A program made the translations under genes and the position numbers. A DNA stretch of 64,000 bases from Ginglymostoma cirratum (lineage: Eukaryota), in contig JAHRHZ010000029.1 of NCBI GenBank assembly GCA_024137785.1, positions 21,480,262 through 21,544,261 on the forward strand, written 5' to 3'. The notes beneath the pieces are model-generated. The model did not search any database and had not been told where the DNA came from. It saw only the letters and a program-made list of their open reading frames with translations. This document shows positions 60,561-64,000 of the stretch, piece after piece; the stretch's first letter is position 1, and every line of letters starts with the position of its first letter.

Positions 60561-63500
60561 GTTTTGAAATGATAGGTTGCAAAAACAGAACTCGATACTG
60601 AAGCTTAATCTGCCCTTTGTATTTGTTTCTCAGAGTTTTATGACACAGGAATACAGGAATTTCTATTGCTTTATAAAAATACAAGATGTGCCAGATCCTA
60701 AAGGACCACTTCAGAGATTGTTTCACAAGTAAGTCACTCAAATTTTTATGATTAGCTGCAATTACAAAAGCACCAGATTATTTTCCTTTTATTTATTGAC
60801 TTTTCAGTTTAATATTTTTAGTTTTGTGTTTTTTGAAGCACAAACTATTTTAATCTTTATTACCAACCTCGAGTGGCATATAGTCATATATAATCAACAA
60901 TGTTTTTTTCTACCACCACACACAGAGGCAAATAGCAAATCCAAACTTAAAAGTAGAGCAGTTATAGGTGACATACTGAATAAAACCTTTTCTCTATAAT
61001 TACTGCAAGTTTATCAGCTCAAATTGCCGTCATACATTACTACCTCAACCAAACTGACTGAAAATAATGGATTATTTTCCAGTTATGTTAACAACTGTAT
61101 GCCTTGAGCAATCATCAGCATGCTCTCTTAACCTCTAAACCTGCCTTTCAGCTGCCAACTTATTTCTACTGGACAAACAACATATCTAATTCAATTCTGA
61201 ACACTGTTCTTCATGTATACCGTGGTATGACTTTGATCTTTGACCCGTGTCTCCATGAGGCTTGCCAGCTTAGAATTTTGGTTGTGTCCACAGAGTATGG
61301 CTCAAACCCATTCCTTTCATAAACTGTTCTCTGACTACTGCTGTATCATCAGGAATTAAACTGTTCCCTCTCGCCACCCCCAACACTAGCTCAGTTACTG
61401 TATCCTTTGGTTGGCAAATTTCAGATCAACACCTCTGATTCACAAGAAACCAACCAGTGGGGTGTGTGTACTCTGGCTGACTTAGTAACAGCATCAGCAA
61501 TAAGTAGTACGCAGTCAAGATTTCAGTGAGAAACTGTTCCAGTTGGTTTTATTTTCAAAAGGGATTGAAGAGGTAGGTGGAATGCGGAGAAGGAAGCATG
61601 TTAAACAACAATGTAGCAGACATACAAAGTTACTATTACTCCAATTATGAAATCTGATGACTTTTTGTTGGGTTAGTGTTATTACATATTGATTAGGGAC
61701 TATTAACTTCAGTGTAATAGAGGAAAAAAAACTTTTTTCTAAGGAAATATGACCAATAGCAGTCAGATTATTCAATATTCTTTCCTTCTGTTACCAGCTA
61801 TTTAGAATGTCTGGATCATAAGAGAGAGGTCAGGCCACTTCAATAACAGCATTCAAGCAGGATCACCTCAAAATCATGAATCCAAGGCTAACGCAAGGCT
61901 GACACTAAGTGTCACAACACTGAGTGCTCTAACTGCTGAGTATTACCATGGTCAGAGTTGTGCATGACCTGCTAAATACACTTAAGGCTTGCAAGCTTGC
62001 TTTTATTACCTGGCAGATCATAAAACCCTACTCCAGATAGACAATGCAGGCTGTGCCTCTTGCTGTCATTTTACTTCTCTCTGTTCTGACATACAGCATT
62101 CCTTCAGTCACTAATTTCCCATTTAATAGTGCCATCTATTCCCATTGAAAAATAATAATGTTCCCTTTCTCTCATGCTGCCTTGATCTAATCCTAAGACT
62201 CCATCAATGCTACATTATAAACGGGAATTAAGAGCTTGACAAAATGCCTTTCCTTTATCAGAATTACTCATTGTCAGGAATTGCCTGGCACCCTCTTAGT
62301 GTGTTGTCTTGCAAAGATCGAGACTTGCATTTGCAGAAGAAATCATTTATTTTTACCACTTCCCATATTTATTTTCTATATCTTTGAATTTCAATTAGTC
62401 TGTGCAAATCATTTTTGTCACAAGGAATATTTATTTGGTCAGTCAGATTTTGGTACTTGATGGGCAGCTAAACCGTTCATCAACACATGTTTCAATTAAA
62501 GAATCTCAGATCCATGATTAAGGAAGTTGAGATACTGCCATGTTAGTAAAAAGGTGATGGACCGAATGGTCCTGAAAATATAATACAGTGTTCATAACTC
62601 ACATTGTTATTAATGCAAAAATTGACCAATAAGTTCAGAATAGAAGAAATCCACTGGAACTGCAAATCACAAGACCTGACTGATCAATTTACATCACTCC
62701 ACAATTTGCATTGCTCAAAAAGCATCTTGCACTTGATTCTCTTGTCACTTATAAGAATGCACAGTATTTACAGATTAATTGCCCATTAAATTTGCCAAGA
62801 TATTTGGGTTCATTATTAATTAGAATCCAATTAGCAATGTTTTAACTGTGAATGCAATGCCAGTCTCTCCGGCCCCAAAAGGCAAAGAATTCACCTGAGT
62901 CTCACACCTGCTTATGGTGATTTATTCAAAGACATTTGAAACATTTTGATTACTTGTATTATTCTTCAAAAATTCAACTGAAATTGCTGTAAGCAATGCA
63001 AAAAGGTGTGGAATTTTGATTGCAAATTATGTTCAGCATATCTTGAGTTTCTGGAGTATTTTCACCAATTTTACAAACATCACACTAGAAGCAGAGCATA
63101 TGGCTACATCCCCATATCAAATTTACCTTTGGCAGTTTCCACTTTTTGTGTTTGAGTGGAACTTCAAGGCAGCTCCAAATATGAGGTGAAAGTTTGGGTG
63201 CAAGGTCAAAAATAGGTACATTTTGAACTTTTTTTAAAATCCACTAACTAACTCATTACTAGATTGCACAATGGTTAGAAAGTAATTCTATATTATTTTA
63301 GAAGCTTTCATAAGCATTTACAATAAGATTACTCTCAGGTGGTGTACTTAAAAAGCATTATTTTTTGTGATAAACTTATTCCCAGTTGTGTTAATCAAAC
63401 AGTACTATTCATATACATAAATTTTCAAAATTATGTTCTAATCCTGCATGATTACACAACTTTAAAGTAGATTTTGAGTTCGCTGATGTGCAAATGAGTT

Positions 63501-64000
63501 TGAGTAGAAATACATATTTCAAAACAAACAACCATTTTGGACACAATCTGTGCGCTAATGGTGTTTGCAAACAAAAGTGTCCTTAAATGCCCTAAATTCT
63601 AAATGCTTACGCTTTTCAAAATTTTCCTTTCTGTCTCTCTCAATCCAATCCTGTTTATTTTTTCTTTAATTCCCTTTTCTTGTACTTGATTTGGCACAAT
63701 AAATTTATCATCTCTGTCATTCCAATTTCTTACTCAGTCCTTAAACTTCCTTTGTTGATGACATAAATTGCCATTCCCGTTGTTCACTAAGATGCTTGGT
63801 TCCCTCACACTTGAGTTGGTAGCATGTGTTTCTAAGAAGTTACAGGGCAAATAATATTGGTGCTGTAGGGTGTAGGAGAAAATCAAACTTACAGGGAATG
63901 CTGCAGATGCTTAAAACTGGAACAAGATTTATCCCAATGTTAGTATGCAGTACAGCCAATTAAGAATATAGATTTGAAAAGCATGACTTTTTTAACGTAA

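Noticed and set aside
60244-60741. 165-aa ORF with an internal peptide repeat
   Set aside because: The repeat comes from the 24-bp tandem duplication; the rest looks like random translation.

Overview
Eukaryotic, AT-rich, repeat-dense non-coding DNA from a cartilaginous fish. Shark/elasmobranch origin is inferred from HE1-type V-SINEs, Deu-domain SINEs and an LF-SINE-like copy. I could not recognise any host protein-coding gene; the window looks like a large intron or gene desert. All recognisable coding remnants are transposon fossils: CR1, CR1/L2-type and Rex1/Babar LINE reverse transcriptases, a pogo (POGK-like) transposase, Harbinger nuclease and Myb/SANT pieces, and a Gypsy pol remnant. 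The most notable signal is a dispersed set of short Penelope-like (PLE) terminal-repeat insertions carrying minimal type I hammerhead ribozyme motifs (CTGAnGA-stemII-GAAAC-GTC). These include a tandem pair at 10.8 kb, fold-back copies with long target-site duplications, and a 256-nt unit bounded by two hammerhead cores that ends exactly at the predicted cleavage site (42.3-42.6 kb). Also seen: two candidate minus-strand microexons (3 and 15 nt), several enhancer-like motif clusters and a 162-N assembly gap. Family names come from recalled consensus sequences, not database searches, and repeat boundaries are approximate.
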